Source: Curvularia clavata
Lineage: Eukaryota
Assembly: GCA_023920165.1 (NCBI GenBank)
Contig: CP089274.1
Coordinates: 744,001 to 808,000 of the forward strand
Direction of reading: 5' to 3'
Length of the DNA stretch: 64,000 nucleotides
Part shown: positions 37,296 to 48,987 of the stretch, piece by piece
Numbering within the stretch: the first letter of the stretch is position 1
How the letters are laid out: each line of letters starts with the position of its first letter
Program-made: the position numbers and the translations under genes
The notes under the pieces: generated by a model
Database searches by the model: none
Told to the model about the DNA's origin: nothing
What the model saw: the letters and a program-made list of their open reading frames with translations, nothing else

Positions 37296-38639
37296 ATGGC
37301 AATCTTCAGCATGCTTGCCTCTATGATTTCAACACCCAGGTCTTACGTTCGACAAGTGAGTGATTGTATCTCTGTATAGCCTCTTTCATGCTCACAAGCA
37401 CCAGCTCTTCAAGTCGCTTCACACTCTACGGTGCACAGAGGTCCAGAAGATATCATCAACTTCGCCAAGTCCTTCATCGACACAGAAGGACCACCGTACC
37501 GAAATCATAGCTCAGTTGCGAGGCCAAGATATCTACGTACCAGACATCCACTATATCTACTCTGGCTGGGAAGCCAATGTTCATCCAGATGTTAGCTTGC
37601 TGAGGCAATCTCTCGAAGATTACTTCGATAAGTTCATCAGCACTGAAAGCGTCAAGAAGAAGCAGAGAAGGGTTGACGCAGCGCTATGTGCTGGATACTT
37701 CTGGAACCACGTTCCATCAGACAAATTCCTTGTTCTCGGTGAATTAGTGGCTTGGGTAAGCATATCTCTCCTCTTCCCAATGTTGCTGACAGAATTGTAA
37801 GTTCTTTTTTTGGGACGACGAGATTGACTGCGGCACCCTTACCAACGACCGTGACAAGACTGAAGCGTATTGCGACGATACGCTTAAATTTATCAGACAC
37901 TGTCTGCAGCCAGACCTGGGAGGTGATGTGCCAGCCCCAGGAAGATTACACAACTGCGGACCTTGGATCAACATGGGTCGGGCCATGCAAGAAGGACAGT
38001 CTAAAGGTAGAGTGCTTAATAACCACTTTGACGAGTGATGAATAACATCCATCAGAGGCGCGCGATAGATTTGCAGCGACAATTTATGAGTTTGTCATCG
38101 CTGTTCGTACATCCCAAGCTACCTGGGCACAAGGTATTTCCACGCTTGATGACTACACTGCACGTCGATTGAGGACTGTTGGAACGAACCCTTGCGTCGC
38201 AGTGATGCAATGGGCATATGGACTGACCCTCCCTCAATCAGTATGGGACCATGAAGACATGGTCTCTATAACGCGCGAGGTTGCAATTAGCGATTTTCTC
38301 TGGAACGACATCGTAAGTCTGAGAAAAGAGATTGACGATGGTGATATCGATTCAACCATTCCAGTCATAGTATGGAACGAGGGATGTAGCGCGCAAGTTG
38401 CCGTTGACCGGTGCGTGAAGCTGATAGAAGAGAGTTGGAAGAGATTGTTAGAGGCAGAAAGAAGGCTATTAGACGCACATACTGGTGAACCGGAGCGGAT
38501 AAGAAGCGATATCAAGGAATTGGTTGGGGGCTGCAAGGACGTGCTTGTGGGACACATGGTGTACTCTCTGAAGATATCCCGCAACATGGCGGCGGCGAGG
38601 ATGAGCGAGAAAGACTGCAGCTTCCGCATTGTATTGTAA
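37296..38639 (+). CDS. Class I terpene cyclase (probable sesquiterpene synthase); 3 introns
   Basis: Asp-rich motif WFFFWDDEID, effector region RLRTVGTNP and NSE/DTE motif NDIVSLRKE. Introns begin at 37356, 37756 and about 38008. Confidence 0.88.
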
Positions 38640-39199
38640 GATATCTTTTCTGTGCTGAGAAGGTGGTTTCGTCATGTGGTTCTGTTGTCCGTAGGTAAAT
38701 AGTGATTCAACAGCGTCCAAATAGCGAAGACAACTGCGCTTGTATAACCACGTTAATGCTAATCCGATAGCATCAGCTGTTCCCAGGGATATGAGTGGTA
38801 GTGCCTCTGCATCTTAAAAGTGCTCGCAAACCACGCTTGATGTATATACAATGTCTTCAGTGGATAGGATGGGACCTCAGTAGAGCAACCCAGGGCCCGT
38901 TTTTCCTTGCTTGGAGCAGCTAGGGTCCTCACAGGACGAAATCATAGGATGACCTTGAGCTCAGAAGCGACCGAAAGAGCCACCGTACGACAAAAGTTCC
39001 TTGCTGGCGTAAGAAGCATCATGTGTCGTCGTGCGGACCAATATCAGGCAAATGCTGCGCCTCATATAGGTAGGCGTTCCCTGATTGGCCCGACGGCCAA
39101 GGCTTCCAATCCCCTCGAAGACATAGCTGTCATCCGGGCCCTACCAGTCTTAGCTCCCGCACGTCAAATTTGACCTCAGTAACCTTCATGCTTCCCTGC

Positions 39200-41950
39200 T
39201 CCACATGTCATCAACCTCCTCCTCCAGGCGGTAAGTCTGTTTTGCGTGCACTAACACACGGGATCACAGCCGGCATTGAGCGTATGCTATGACTGCAGTG
39301 CCTCCGGCAACCCTCCACCGCTTAGCAGCCTGCCTACAGCGTGCGCTGGCACTTTAACTACCCCCTTTCACGCTTTCTCGCCCCTACGTCTATGTCTCCA
39401 CATGGATTCCGAAGTAATGTCGAGACAGGCAACATCCACGAGCAGATGACTAAGTGTCAGAGCATTCGATCGACCGTGGATTGGAGCAGGGCAGAAATGA
39501 TGGGACGGACTGCATGTCTCTCGCATTTACGGCCCTCGCGTACTCCGTAATCTCCACCGCTTTGCGATACTGCAATGGTTATCCCCTCTGATATAGATGA
39601 GGAGGAGACTTGAGCAATCTGTTCTCTGGTCAGCTTTCCTTTACTATCCTTACGTAATTCTGCTTTCAACTTAGGAACTGAGGGCGAGGTATGTATGTAT
39701 GAAGAGATGCCTTGTCGCGTTATCGGTGCTGACTTGGCAGACAGCCCAACTCGGCATGCTATCCTTACCGCAAGAAAATCAGGAGCAATCTTCCCCTGAC
39801 TCACCTGATACTGGGCTTGTATAGTCGTGACTCGCTTCCGGCAATAGCATGACCTTTGACCAATGAGTGCCCTCTCCTGGAGTTGGAATCACCTACTTCG
39901 ATCTCAAGGCGTCCTTGGGGCCATCATCCTGTATCGAATCGTAGATGACTACTCAGGACAATATCTAGCAGCCGAGAGGAGGCATGATCCCAGTTTAGGT
40001 CTCTTCTTCACTAATTTTGAGTGAGCACTAGCAGAACAACCGTGGTGGCTACTTCAGGGCCAGCGCCATGGGTATAAACTTGGCACCGAAGACTCATAGC
40101 GTCCTCCTATCGCCACATCCATGTTCTCATGACGAGACTACATTTTTCCAACACAAAGTATTAGTCCCCCGCTTGGGCCCTGTGTTAGGGCCACAACTGC
40201 GCTGAAAGCAACTCGTGCGGGGTTATCGTCTGCACATGCCTTATCTGCCGAATACTGGATTCAGGAGTGATCGTGGACCCAGCAAATATCGTGAAGAGCC
40301 GTGATCTAGTACGATTGCTGACGGGTACCGCTTCGTTCGATTGGACATTCCATGGTGATGGTGGGCGCATGACCCGGATTGTGACGACTGTAGTGTCAGG
40401 ATATGACCGGTGAGCTTCCTATCCGCTTCTCCTGCCGAGACTTGTCGCATTGAGGTTATTGTTTACCTGCAAGGTTCGAAATCCGGTGAAAAGATTTACA
40501 CGATCATGCAGGCCGTCAGGATGCCTGCCGGATCAGCAATCAGTTGGCGCTTTCCAAGGCATGGGGAAGCACATCCGCTGCTTCCATTAGCGTCTCGAAC
40601 AAACTTGCGCCAATGGCACCGTGCATGATAATTGAAACAGAAGGACAAAGAAGGCAAACTTGCATCAGTCCTCCACCGGCCTTAGCACGTCAGCCCGATC
40701 CTGCGAGCGTCTACTTAATTCCTGTATGCCCCTCGACTCATCGAACCCGAAGGATAACTTTGGTTCAGTTTCAAAAGACAAAAGCGAAAATGACTTACTG
40801 AAAATACGTCGCGTAGCCGCCGAGCACACGGAAGCCGTCAGACATAGCCGCCGTTCGACACAATAAGCGCCCGCATGAGTGTTGGCCAGCAGTGCCCCTA
40901 CGTCGGCTTTTAACCCCTCGTTACGCAGAGCCTCATCTCCCATTCGCTCAAGGCGACACTCAAGCACGTGCAAATCTCGATCGCGATAGCCATGCAGCAA
41001 TACGGCCAAGGCAGGCACTATGGGTTGGTCCACCAACAGTCTCTCGGTCACAATGGGATGACTTGAGGCACTGCGATTACCTGCTCATTGTTTCCTCAGA
41101 GCGCAGCAGATCTGGTGGGAGGCAACGTGTATGCGACCAGTTTACTTCTCCGTCTGCTTCTTCGCAGAGCCCGAGCATTCTTTCGCGCTACCGCTGCCAC
41201 AGCAGACGATCAGCTGTTGGGTATCCTGCTAACCGAATTGCTGACGGAAGAGCTCTTTCCGCTATCTCACGCCAACTGCCGGGCTGGATGGCGAGCCTAG
41301 GGCGTTTTTCTGCGACGGATCCACCCCTCAGTATTCTTGAGCACGTGCTATGGCTTTCCAGCCTCTGGTTAGCCGGCGGCCAGAGTCGGGTATTCCTCAT
41401 GCAGACTATGAAGACCTGATTGAGTGTGGTGTTCCAGCCGACTAGCTAGCACCAATGCTTTTTGCTGAGATGCAGCCGACATGCCTGGCGGCTGAAGAAG
41501 CCGACAACCATTGAACCACTTCAAACATTGTACTCGACCGTTGTACATTTTAGCAAGTCGACTTCTATGTCGAACAGATCTCCGTCGCTCTGGTCTTCAC
41601 AACACTCTCTAGACTGGTACCGGTCTTGTGGAGAAATCGGGCAGCTATACAGCAGCCTGTATCAACAGCCCCTGGTAGTGATGGCATACAGCGGGGTAGA
41701 AGAGATCTGGCTGGCTCACTTTCGCAGGCTTGCAGCAGCCGGCGTAGGATTCTGCAGCATACCTGTTTGAACGGCATCTTCAGCTTATCAGAGGCATTCC
41801 ACAGATTTCCATCCCACGTCACAGTCATGTAGAAGCTCGTCGTCTGACCCTTCGACTAGGACACCCCTTGTTTCGAGCAGAGCCTCATCGCTGGAAGAAG
41901 GATAAAGCACTCCGGTGATGAGGGGGAAATCATGTCACGGAGCAGGACAA
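39200..41950 (-). pseudogene. Possible decayed protein-coding remnant (identity unknown, boundaries approximate)
   Basis: Several protein-like minus-strand stretches (40665-41051, 39457-39804, and read-through segments such as HDFPLITGVLYPSSSDEALLE) are broken by frequent stops and frame changes. No coherent intron model rescues them. Confidence 0.3.
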
Positions 41951-42028
41951 GCGCGTCCACAGAATAGCCACTCATAGCTTGTTGTGGGTCTGAAATACAT
42001 GTGAAGCCTCGTGCCTAAAGTACACAAT

Positions 42029-42807
42029 ATGGTCAGTTCACCTTCCGCCAAGCTTTTGATCTCCAACCTTACCGTACCAATAGTCAGGATTTTATTTCCA
42101 AATCAATGAGATACGCGAATCCGGTAAATTCCCGGGTATCGGACCACTCGAGAGGCCTCTGTCGGCGGAAGGAGCCCATGTTGTAGTAGGCGAGGGCGCG
42201 AGCTACAGGTGGTGGTACTGTGATGGAAATCGGATCCAGCCAGCTCAACAGCTTCCAACAGGCTTGATTTGGTACAAAACTTACTCAGTCTTCTACCGTG
42301 AAGGATTTGGGTTCTGGATTCTGAGAGGCGATGCAGGCAACCCAGGCCCCGGGGAGACCTGGCAGCCTCTTTGCTTTGATCAAGACCAGTACGACCAGGG
42401 CGCATCCTATTTGTGCAATGTGGCACAACGCCGCGCAGTAGCCTACAGAAGAGAGACTCGATGGCTGCCGATGCTACTACCTGATATTTACTACGAGAAT
42501 GCCCATGTTACGAGAAATGAAGCGTATGGTGGTCTGAAAGGGGAGCTTGCTATATTCCTCGCCCTCATTGCTTTCTCTATGAGGCCCGAGCAGTTGGCGA
42601 GCAGGTTACCATACATGCTCCAGAGTGGATCCTGGATGACCCATAACCTGCCGCATGGCCGTAAGTACATAGTGCTTGTGTACTGAGCTAGGCTAACTTT
42701 TGGTAAAAGGGCAAGAGAAGAGGGGCGTAACTGTATCTATATGGACCCTTCCACAAGGTGCAGCCGGTGTGTGGAATTACGAGAGGAACACAAAGTACTT
42801 CTCCTAG
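42029..42807 (+). CDS. Hypothetical aromatic-rich fungal protein; exons 42029-42031, 42084-42660, 42710-42807
   Basis: An ATG|GTCAGT...TAG intron puts the ATG in frame with an ORF open from 42084 (SGFYFQINE...YRWWYCDG...TYSVFY...GFWILRGDA...YGGLKGELAIFLALIAFS). A second intron, GTAAGT...CTAAC...AAG, leads to the stop at 42805-42807. Confidence 0.7.
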
Positions 42808-43502
42808 CAGGTACCGGCAACTAATCATCACATGCCCGCAACACAGAGGCCTATCCAACAAGCGAGCCTCGTTGCCGCTGTGCTGTCCTACTTTCCCAGC
42901 TCTCGGTTTGTTATAGCATCTGGCATGATTTGCCCACTGTGTTTCCTGGGACCTTTACTCAGACTGCTCCCCCTTTATACGTTACCCAGGTGTTACTCGA
43001 TAGGACGCCAAATCCCAACCTTCCTTAGCATCACGATATTATGACGATTTCTCTGTCTCTATAATCACGCTATTTAGGAGTTTCTTCTGGTTTCTTTGGA
43101 CAGTACATGATTCGTACTTGCTTCGTGCTCCTACATGTCTTTGACTAGGCTGCACACCTATCCATGTACTCGTAATCAGAGAATGGCTATCACATACGTT
43201 TCATCTCAATTCATCAGTATCAAACCTCCTGAAATCCCTCAGCTCGATAGGTAAAACAGGCAGTTGTCCTTCGTAAGATGGAAGTGTTCATCGTTTGGCC
43301 TGTCAACATCACCGCTTTTGGTCGTAGAGCACCTCCAGCCAAACACGCACCACCATTTCACAGTTGGCTAATGTATGCGCGACGGGATTTCATATTAATC
43401 ATCAGCGATCGGCAGAACCGCAAAACATGACAAGTAAATAAAGAGATTGTCTCAGCATGGGTATCATCAACAGTCAAACAATGCAATATGAGCATACATG
43501 CC

Positions 43503-44507
43503 CTAACTTCCCGTGCCCCAGACCACGACGTTACCATCGCCACCACCACTGCACCATTCGCGTCTTGTTTGGCAAAACGCGACGGCAGACACGAGATCCT
43601 TCTTTCCCTTTGCCTGGGTGTTTGATGCGGAGCCAGGTACCTCCTTCATTTCGGAATGCTTGAATCTGTGCAAACACGTGCCTTCAAGCATATCCCATAC
43701 AAAAACCATACCATCGTCACTTCCACTAACCACAACACTGTCATTCAATCCCAGCGTACTCTTAACTCTCAGCTCCGCATTGACGAAAGCGTCGTGCTTG
43801 TATGTTTTCAGCAGCCCGCCATTGATACGATCCATAAGCCTGATTGTGGAATCGAGGGAGCTGACTAGGATTTCTGTGCCTTTCTTACTCACAGTCAGGC
43901 TGGTGCAGGACGGACCTATGACATCGACCTGACACATGCCTGTTCGCAAATCATAGCTTCTGATACGACCGTCTACACTCGCGGCTACGATCTCCGCGTC
44001 GTGTATCGTGACATCTGAAACGCTGTCTTTGGCATCCGACAGTGTCATGATGGGCTTGTAGGCATTTGACCTAACGTCCCAAATGCGGACCGTCCCGTCG
44101 AAGCTTGCGCTCACAACAACGCTATCCCCTTCACCCCCAAATACGCCACGATTGACGCGTCCCGCATGTCCGGTCCACCGTCTCACTGTCTGAGCTGTTT
44201 GCACATCCCAGAGGAAAACGGTCTTATCACCTCCGGTGCTGACGAACTTGTCATTGGCCTGGTTTACGTCGATGGACAGGACTTCGTAGCCGTGGGCGGT
44301 GTACTTGTTTACGAGGCCTGGCGGACGCTGCGCAGACTGAGTGGGAGCGACCGAGTTGGGCGGTGCATGTTTCGGATTGTAGAGGCGAATAGTCCGGTCC
44401 GAAGAGCCGGTTAGGATGTAAGACTGGGTACCGGAAGAGTATGCAACAGCATGGACAATTCCATTGTGGCCCGTTAGTTTGGCGGTAGGTGTTGCTGGAA
44501 AGGACAT
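43503..44507 (-). CDS. WDR83: WD40-repeat protein, WDR83/MORG1 ortholog
   Basis: Seven WD40 repeats, including YILTGSSDRTIRLYNP, YTAHGYEVL, FLWDVQTAQTVRRWTGH and SVDGRIRSYDLRTG. Confidence 0.82.
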   Translation of the reverse strand: MSFPATPTAKLTGHNGIVHAVAYSSGTQSYILTGSSDRTIRLYNPKHAPPNSVAPTQSAQRPPGLVNKYTAHGYEVLSIDVNQANDKFVSTGGDKTVFLWDVQTAQTVRRWTGHAGRVNRGVFGGEGDSVVVSASFDGTVRIWDVRSNAYKPIMTLSDAKDSVSDVTIHDAEIVAASVDGRIRSYDLRTGMCQVDVIGPSCTSLTVSKKGTEILVSSLDSTIRLMDRINGGLLKTYKHDAFVNAELRVKSTLGLNDSVVVSGSDDGMVFVWDMLEGTCLHRFKHSEMKEVPGSASNTQAKGKKDLVSAVAFCQTRREWCSGGGDGNVVVWGTGS

Positions 44508-44914
44508 GGTGTGCTGAGGGTGTCGAAGGCTGGAGGTTTATTGGAAACCGACCTGACCGCCGCGATTTGAATTCACCACTCCTCGGGCTACGCGCTCAAG
44601 GCATAGTGAGGATACGAGGGGTTCCGAGTGAGAGTACTATCTTCTGGGTCGCTGCGACTCTTGTTGAACTAGCATCCTGCGACCGAAGTATCCTGCGACG
44701 AAAATAAGGAGCTGGGATGGCGGAGAGGATGGAAACGCGCGTGGTACCTGCCAAGGCCGAGGTGGGGAAATGACGCTCAGCTAGCTCCCGCGACTTTTTG
44801 GTCCCTCTTCACGTAAACAGCTAACGAACACTCCTTACGCGCCCGCTTCCCGATTAACTCGAATCAAAAACATATTGAATTTCCAGAAAAGTCTTACTCG
44901 TATACCAAATCACA

Positions 44915-45731
44915 ATGTCGCTCCAACATCTTGACAGCTGCCCGAAGACCGACGACTTTACCCCACTATCTGAACACCAGCAGCAGACACCAGCTTCGTT
45001 CTTCGGTGCAAAGCCCGTTCTGCATGCTCACTATGAGGCCATGACACTCTCAGTTGCGGCGGACCAGCTTAAACAAGATCCAGCGTTCAGCAAGTTTAGT
45101 TCAAGACGTGAGGGCGACGAGGACTTGGTAGATGGAGTCGATGTCTGGGTATCTTCAGAGTGAGTCTCTTCTCTTACTTTGAGCCATGCGTTATACTGAC
45201 TAATGCCACAGAAATCTGATCCTATTTCAAAACACACCGTCACCTGTTGGCGTATCCATCCCATACCCATCTCTCGCCCTACACGCCACAATGAAGTACA
45301 AATCCACCATCGAAGCGCTTTACATGAACATTTCACTCAACGATGCCGAAACCGTCAACGAAGACGACGACATCCACATGCTGGAAATTACTGTCCTTCC
45401 ACCATCATATGCGACAAAACCTACCGACACATGCATACCCGAGTTTTTTGCCGCGCTGAATACCTGCGCAGATCTTCATCCCGACCCGGATGCCAGCGAT
45501 GATGGCGGCGAGGACATGCTGGATGACACGGCACCTGGCGCGTCGGGCTGGATCACAGCAGAAAACATGGACGAGTATCTCGATGAAAATGGCAATTTTA
45601 AAGGCATGGTAGTGGGAGAGGAGCTGGGTCCGGGTGCTGGTACAGTAAGGACAAGAGACGATGCAGACCAGGGATCCAATGATGTCAATGGGGAGGATGG
45701 ACACGAAGAAAAATACCATCGTACTGGTTGA
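44915..45731 (+). CDS. pICln/Lot5-like (Voldacs domain) methylosome/snRNP assembly chaperone; intron 45160-45211
   Basis: FTPLSEHQQQTPASFFG, GVSIPYPSLALHA, FFAALNTCADLHPDP and GWITAENM, with an acidic tail. Confidence 0.85.
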
Positions 45732-46300
45732 AAAGCAGATAATGGAGATTATATATTGGAAAACTAATGATACCCCATCCTAAGCCCCTCTGCCTTGGGT
45801 TGCATAGCATGGCTTGCACACATGCTTGAGCTATTACAACTATGTCCATACTAGATGACCTTGGATATCTTCTTCTCTCATCAAACATGACCATGATAAA
45901 AATGCAGCAAAAAAAAACGTGTGTCATATCCTTCATTTCGTCCGCGTACTCTCGACCTCTCCGAACGCAAAGGCAAGAGCTCCTTCTGCAGATCCCTCAT
46001 CTTCCTTCAATCTTACTCATCTTTTGCTTAGATCAGTAATGCCTCTTGCTTGCCAACGTCCCTTGTTCAATTTCTTCAATCTTCTCAGCTACAAGCCAGT
46101 TTCTCAATTTCGGACCGAGCTACTCTAAGCAGAGTGCATAAGGGAACACGATTGGTGTGAGTACGCCATCAACAAGAACAGATTTCATCGCAGCGAGAAT
46201 GCATTCTCGCGGCTTTGGCCTTGTTAAACAGGTATGTGCCTATTACCAGCACATGGTGGGCCTGATATGTCGTTACGAACAACATGCGTGATTAGATCTA

Positions 46301-47659
46301 CTATCGTGAAGGAGACGAGGGAAGGGCCGGATAAGGAGTTCTGCTTTGCGTCGCCGTGGGCTCAGGACGCGATATAGGTGTTGAACCAGAATTTCGTGAG
46401 TCTCGATAGGATGGTGGCCATCCCTGGGGAGCAGTTCCTTCTGCGTGCATTCGCTGCTCTATTTCCATGCGCTCTTGATTCGTGACGACATGGTGGTATG
46501 CGGGCGGCAACTCCTCTGGACCATCTCGTATTGGAATGACTGTTTCGTTGCGTTCCCCTCGTCCACCCGGATACCCCGTACCATCGCCCAGGTGTCTTGC
46601 TGCTGCTACTTCCGCTGCGATGAAATCGCGTCTCGCAATGTACCTTCGCTCAGGAAAACCTGCCTGTCTTCTCGCATCTGCAGCGGGATTGGGATTTCTT
46701 GGGGCTGGGGCTGGGGCTGATACCTTGGTCTGTACCTTTTTGCGTTTCAATGTGCAGAAAAAGATGATGACTGCCATCAGGAGAACAAAGGGGACCAATG
46801 TGCCAATAAGGACACCGGTTTGCTGACCCGTACGATTGTCGTATTCGATATGTGATGATGGACCCCGCTCAGCTTTAGGAGGATACGTGTGTCCTGCTGT
46901 TGAGGTGGCTTCCCACCAATAAGTCGTCGTAGGTGTAGGGACCCAAAAGAGTCCATGGTCATTGACCGAATCACCTTGTAAATCGACCTGGTCATCTAGT
47001 ACACCTTTGGGAAAGGTCTCATTGTATCGATACCGCTTTTGTGGATACTCTGATTCAGGAGCTCGTAAGGATCGGTTTGCAATAAAGAACTGGCTTGAGA
47101 GCGTGTATAAGCCGGTCAGACTCGTATCCGGCATAGTCCATGTTGTATTTAGGTTTAGCTGAACAGTACACGCCATTATGCTTTCAGCATCTGTAGCTTT
47201 GGAAATAGGTACTTTCAGATCCGGCTCTTCGAGGGTGGACCAAGATACCAGCGGGTCCTTGCTGAGCATTCTCTCATCGCAGAATGGGTATCCCGTGGTC
47301 CTGTTTCGATCTGGTTCCCCATGGTCGCCTGCGGATGGACATGTGAAGCACACCATAATCCATCCTCTCGCATAATCCTCCTCCTTAGCTTCAGGATGGT
47401 TCTCCGGGGGTATAAACGATGGCACCACTACATCGCCCATGTGAACATCACTAGATTCCCAGCTGAAGAATTCATTGGGATAACTGTCGCTGTTCTGAAG
47501 CACAGAGTACATGTACCAATCTGAGGGAGACATGCCAATGAAGGCGTCAGCTAAGCGTGGGTCGTTCCAGGATGGCATTGGTTCAGCAGTCGACCCTGGT
47601 AATGGGGGTAAGGCTTGTACCGGGAGTGGAAAGCGGATCGAGGGTAAGTCGACAGACAT
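46301..47659 (-). CDS. Hypothetical single-pass membrane protein with cytosolic PPxY motifs
   Basis: Long intronless ORF with one TM segment (GVLIGTLVPFVLLMAVIIFFC) followed by a basic stop-transfer KRKK. LPPAY and PPSY lie in the tail. The start codon is uncertain. Confidence 0.65.
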   Translation of the reverse strand: MSVDLPSIRFPLPVQALPPLPGSTAEPMPSWNDPRLADAFIGMSPSDWYMYSVLQNSDSYPNEFFSWESSDVHMGDVVVPSFIPPENHPEAKEEDYARGWIMVCFTCPSAGDHGEPDRNRTTGYPFCDERMLSKDPLVSWSTLEEPDLKVPISKATDAESIMACTVQLNLNTTWTMPDTSLTGLYTLSSQFFIANRSLRAPESEYPQKRYRYNETFPKGVLDDQVDLQGDSVNDHGLFWVPTPTTTYWWEATSTAGHTYPPKAERGPSSHIEYDNRTGQQTGVLIGTLVPFVLLMAVIIFFCTLKRKKVQTKVSAPAPAPRNPNPAADARRQAGFPERRYIARRDFIAAEVAAARHLGDGTGYPGGRGERNETVIPIRDGPEELPPAYHHVVTNQERMEIEQRMHAEGTAPQGWPPSYRDSRNSGSTPISRPEPTATQSRTPYPALPSSPSR

Positions 47660-48987
47660 GATGGCTATACATGGAAGTGAAAATAGAAGATCTAGAACAT
47701 CTCCAGAATGGAATGAGTCAAGGGTACGCCTGTTTTTTATATCTCCAGGGCCCAAGTCGCGACGTGCCCAAGGTGGCCGTATCTAGCACACTAAGACTTG
47801 CGTTCACACTATCTCCAACGCCACACCGTAAGTAAAGCTTGGTATTGCATCCTTCAACCTCTCAAACGAGCCACCCCAATCAAAGTATTGGTGGAGAGAC
47901 ATTCGAGTGGGCTCATAGTGAGTCGCGTGACTTTTCTCTGATGTTCTTGCGGTCCGTGTGCTTCCCTAATCAGCCTCGTAAGGCTACCCATGTGCCGTCT
48001 AGCCGGAGAAGGACGGGGCTTGGCTGTGGCGACTTACACCAGAAGACCGTTACGGTGTTGACCCAGATTGGGCTGAAAACCGGTGTCCGATGTTCTTGGC
48101 GGTCTGTCGGGCTGCGATCGTTCTTACGGCGCGTGGTAAGGCTGTCTTACAATTTTCTTGGCAGTGGATGCTATTGTGTTGCGACGAAGTATAACCGTTC
48201 ACGTGATTTTGACGTCGTAATACTCATCAATTGACCCCATACGTACAACGGCGAAGTCCCTCGTCTATAGCTTGGTGCTTTGGACACCTGTGTGGATCTG
48301 AGTGTGCTCGGTGGTGAGGCCCAAATTCGCTCTCGTTCGTGAAGCGTGTTCCACAGTTATCCTACAAGCGGCCTAGCGGATTTCCTTTTGTGTCACGGAG
48401 ACGGGTGTCAACGGGAGTCATGATGTTTTAAAAGTTGTCTGGAATCAGACATCGGCGGACCGATGCTGAAGACGCTTTATTGATACTAAGCATCTCTGTA
48501 CCGGGTTCTAGTTATGCTTGTTGCTTCTTGCCGATCACAGAATGTAACTTGACGACGTCATACCTCGGGCTAATGTACTCCTTTGCTCCACATCAGGTCC
48601 GTCTCCATAAGATCGCGCATAACAACTCCGCATGTAACCAGTGATACCAATCGGAGGTTACGGTTCATGGTCAGCACATCATGGATCAAGGGTGGAGATG
48701 TGTACCCCGCGCCCCCGCGCTCGGTAGTGACCTGGTGTCCTACCGCGACACCAGCCAGGAACGGTCAGCTGTTGGCCGTATCCGGTTATGATATACACGT
48801 TGCATGTAAGAGTAAATTTAAATTGTTCTTTCGGGGTAGGTGGTATGGCGATGGAGCATCGCGTCAGCGCCAAGTGGTGTACAATGGAATCTATAAAGTG
48901 CGCAGGGAAGTAGGATAGAGGTACTTGGGAAGTTAGGTCAGTCGATGCACCGTGTTCCTGAGCCGTTGACGGTGTTGTCTGGTTAAG

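Noticed and set aside
2176..38639. P450 + SDR + terpene cyclase as one terpene biosynthetic cluster
   Set aside because: They are spread over about 36 kb and separated by many housekeeping genes (VPS54, kinase, TIM22, NOB1). No cluster regulator or transporter links them.
40465..40495. GGTTCGAAATCC as a tRNA T-loop / B-box
   Set aside because: The spacing is imperfect, and no acceptor, D or anticodon stems can be built around it.
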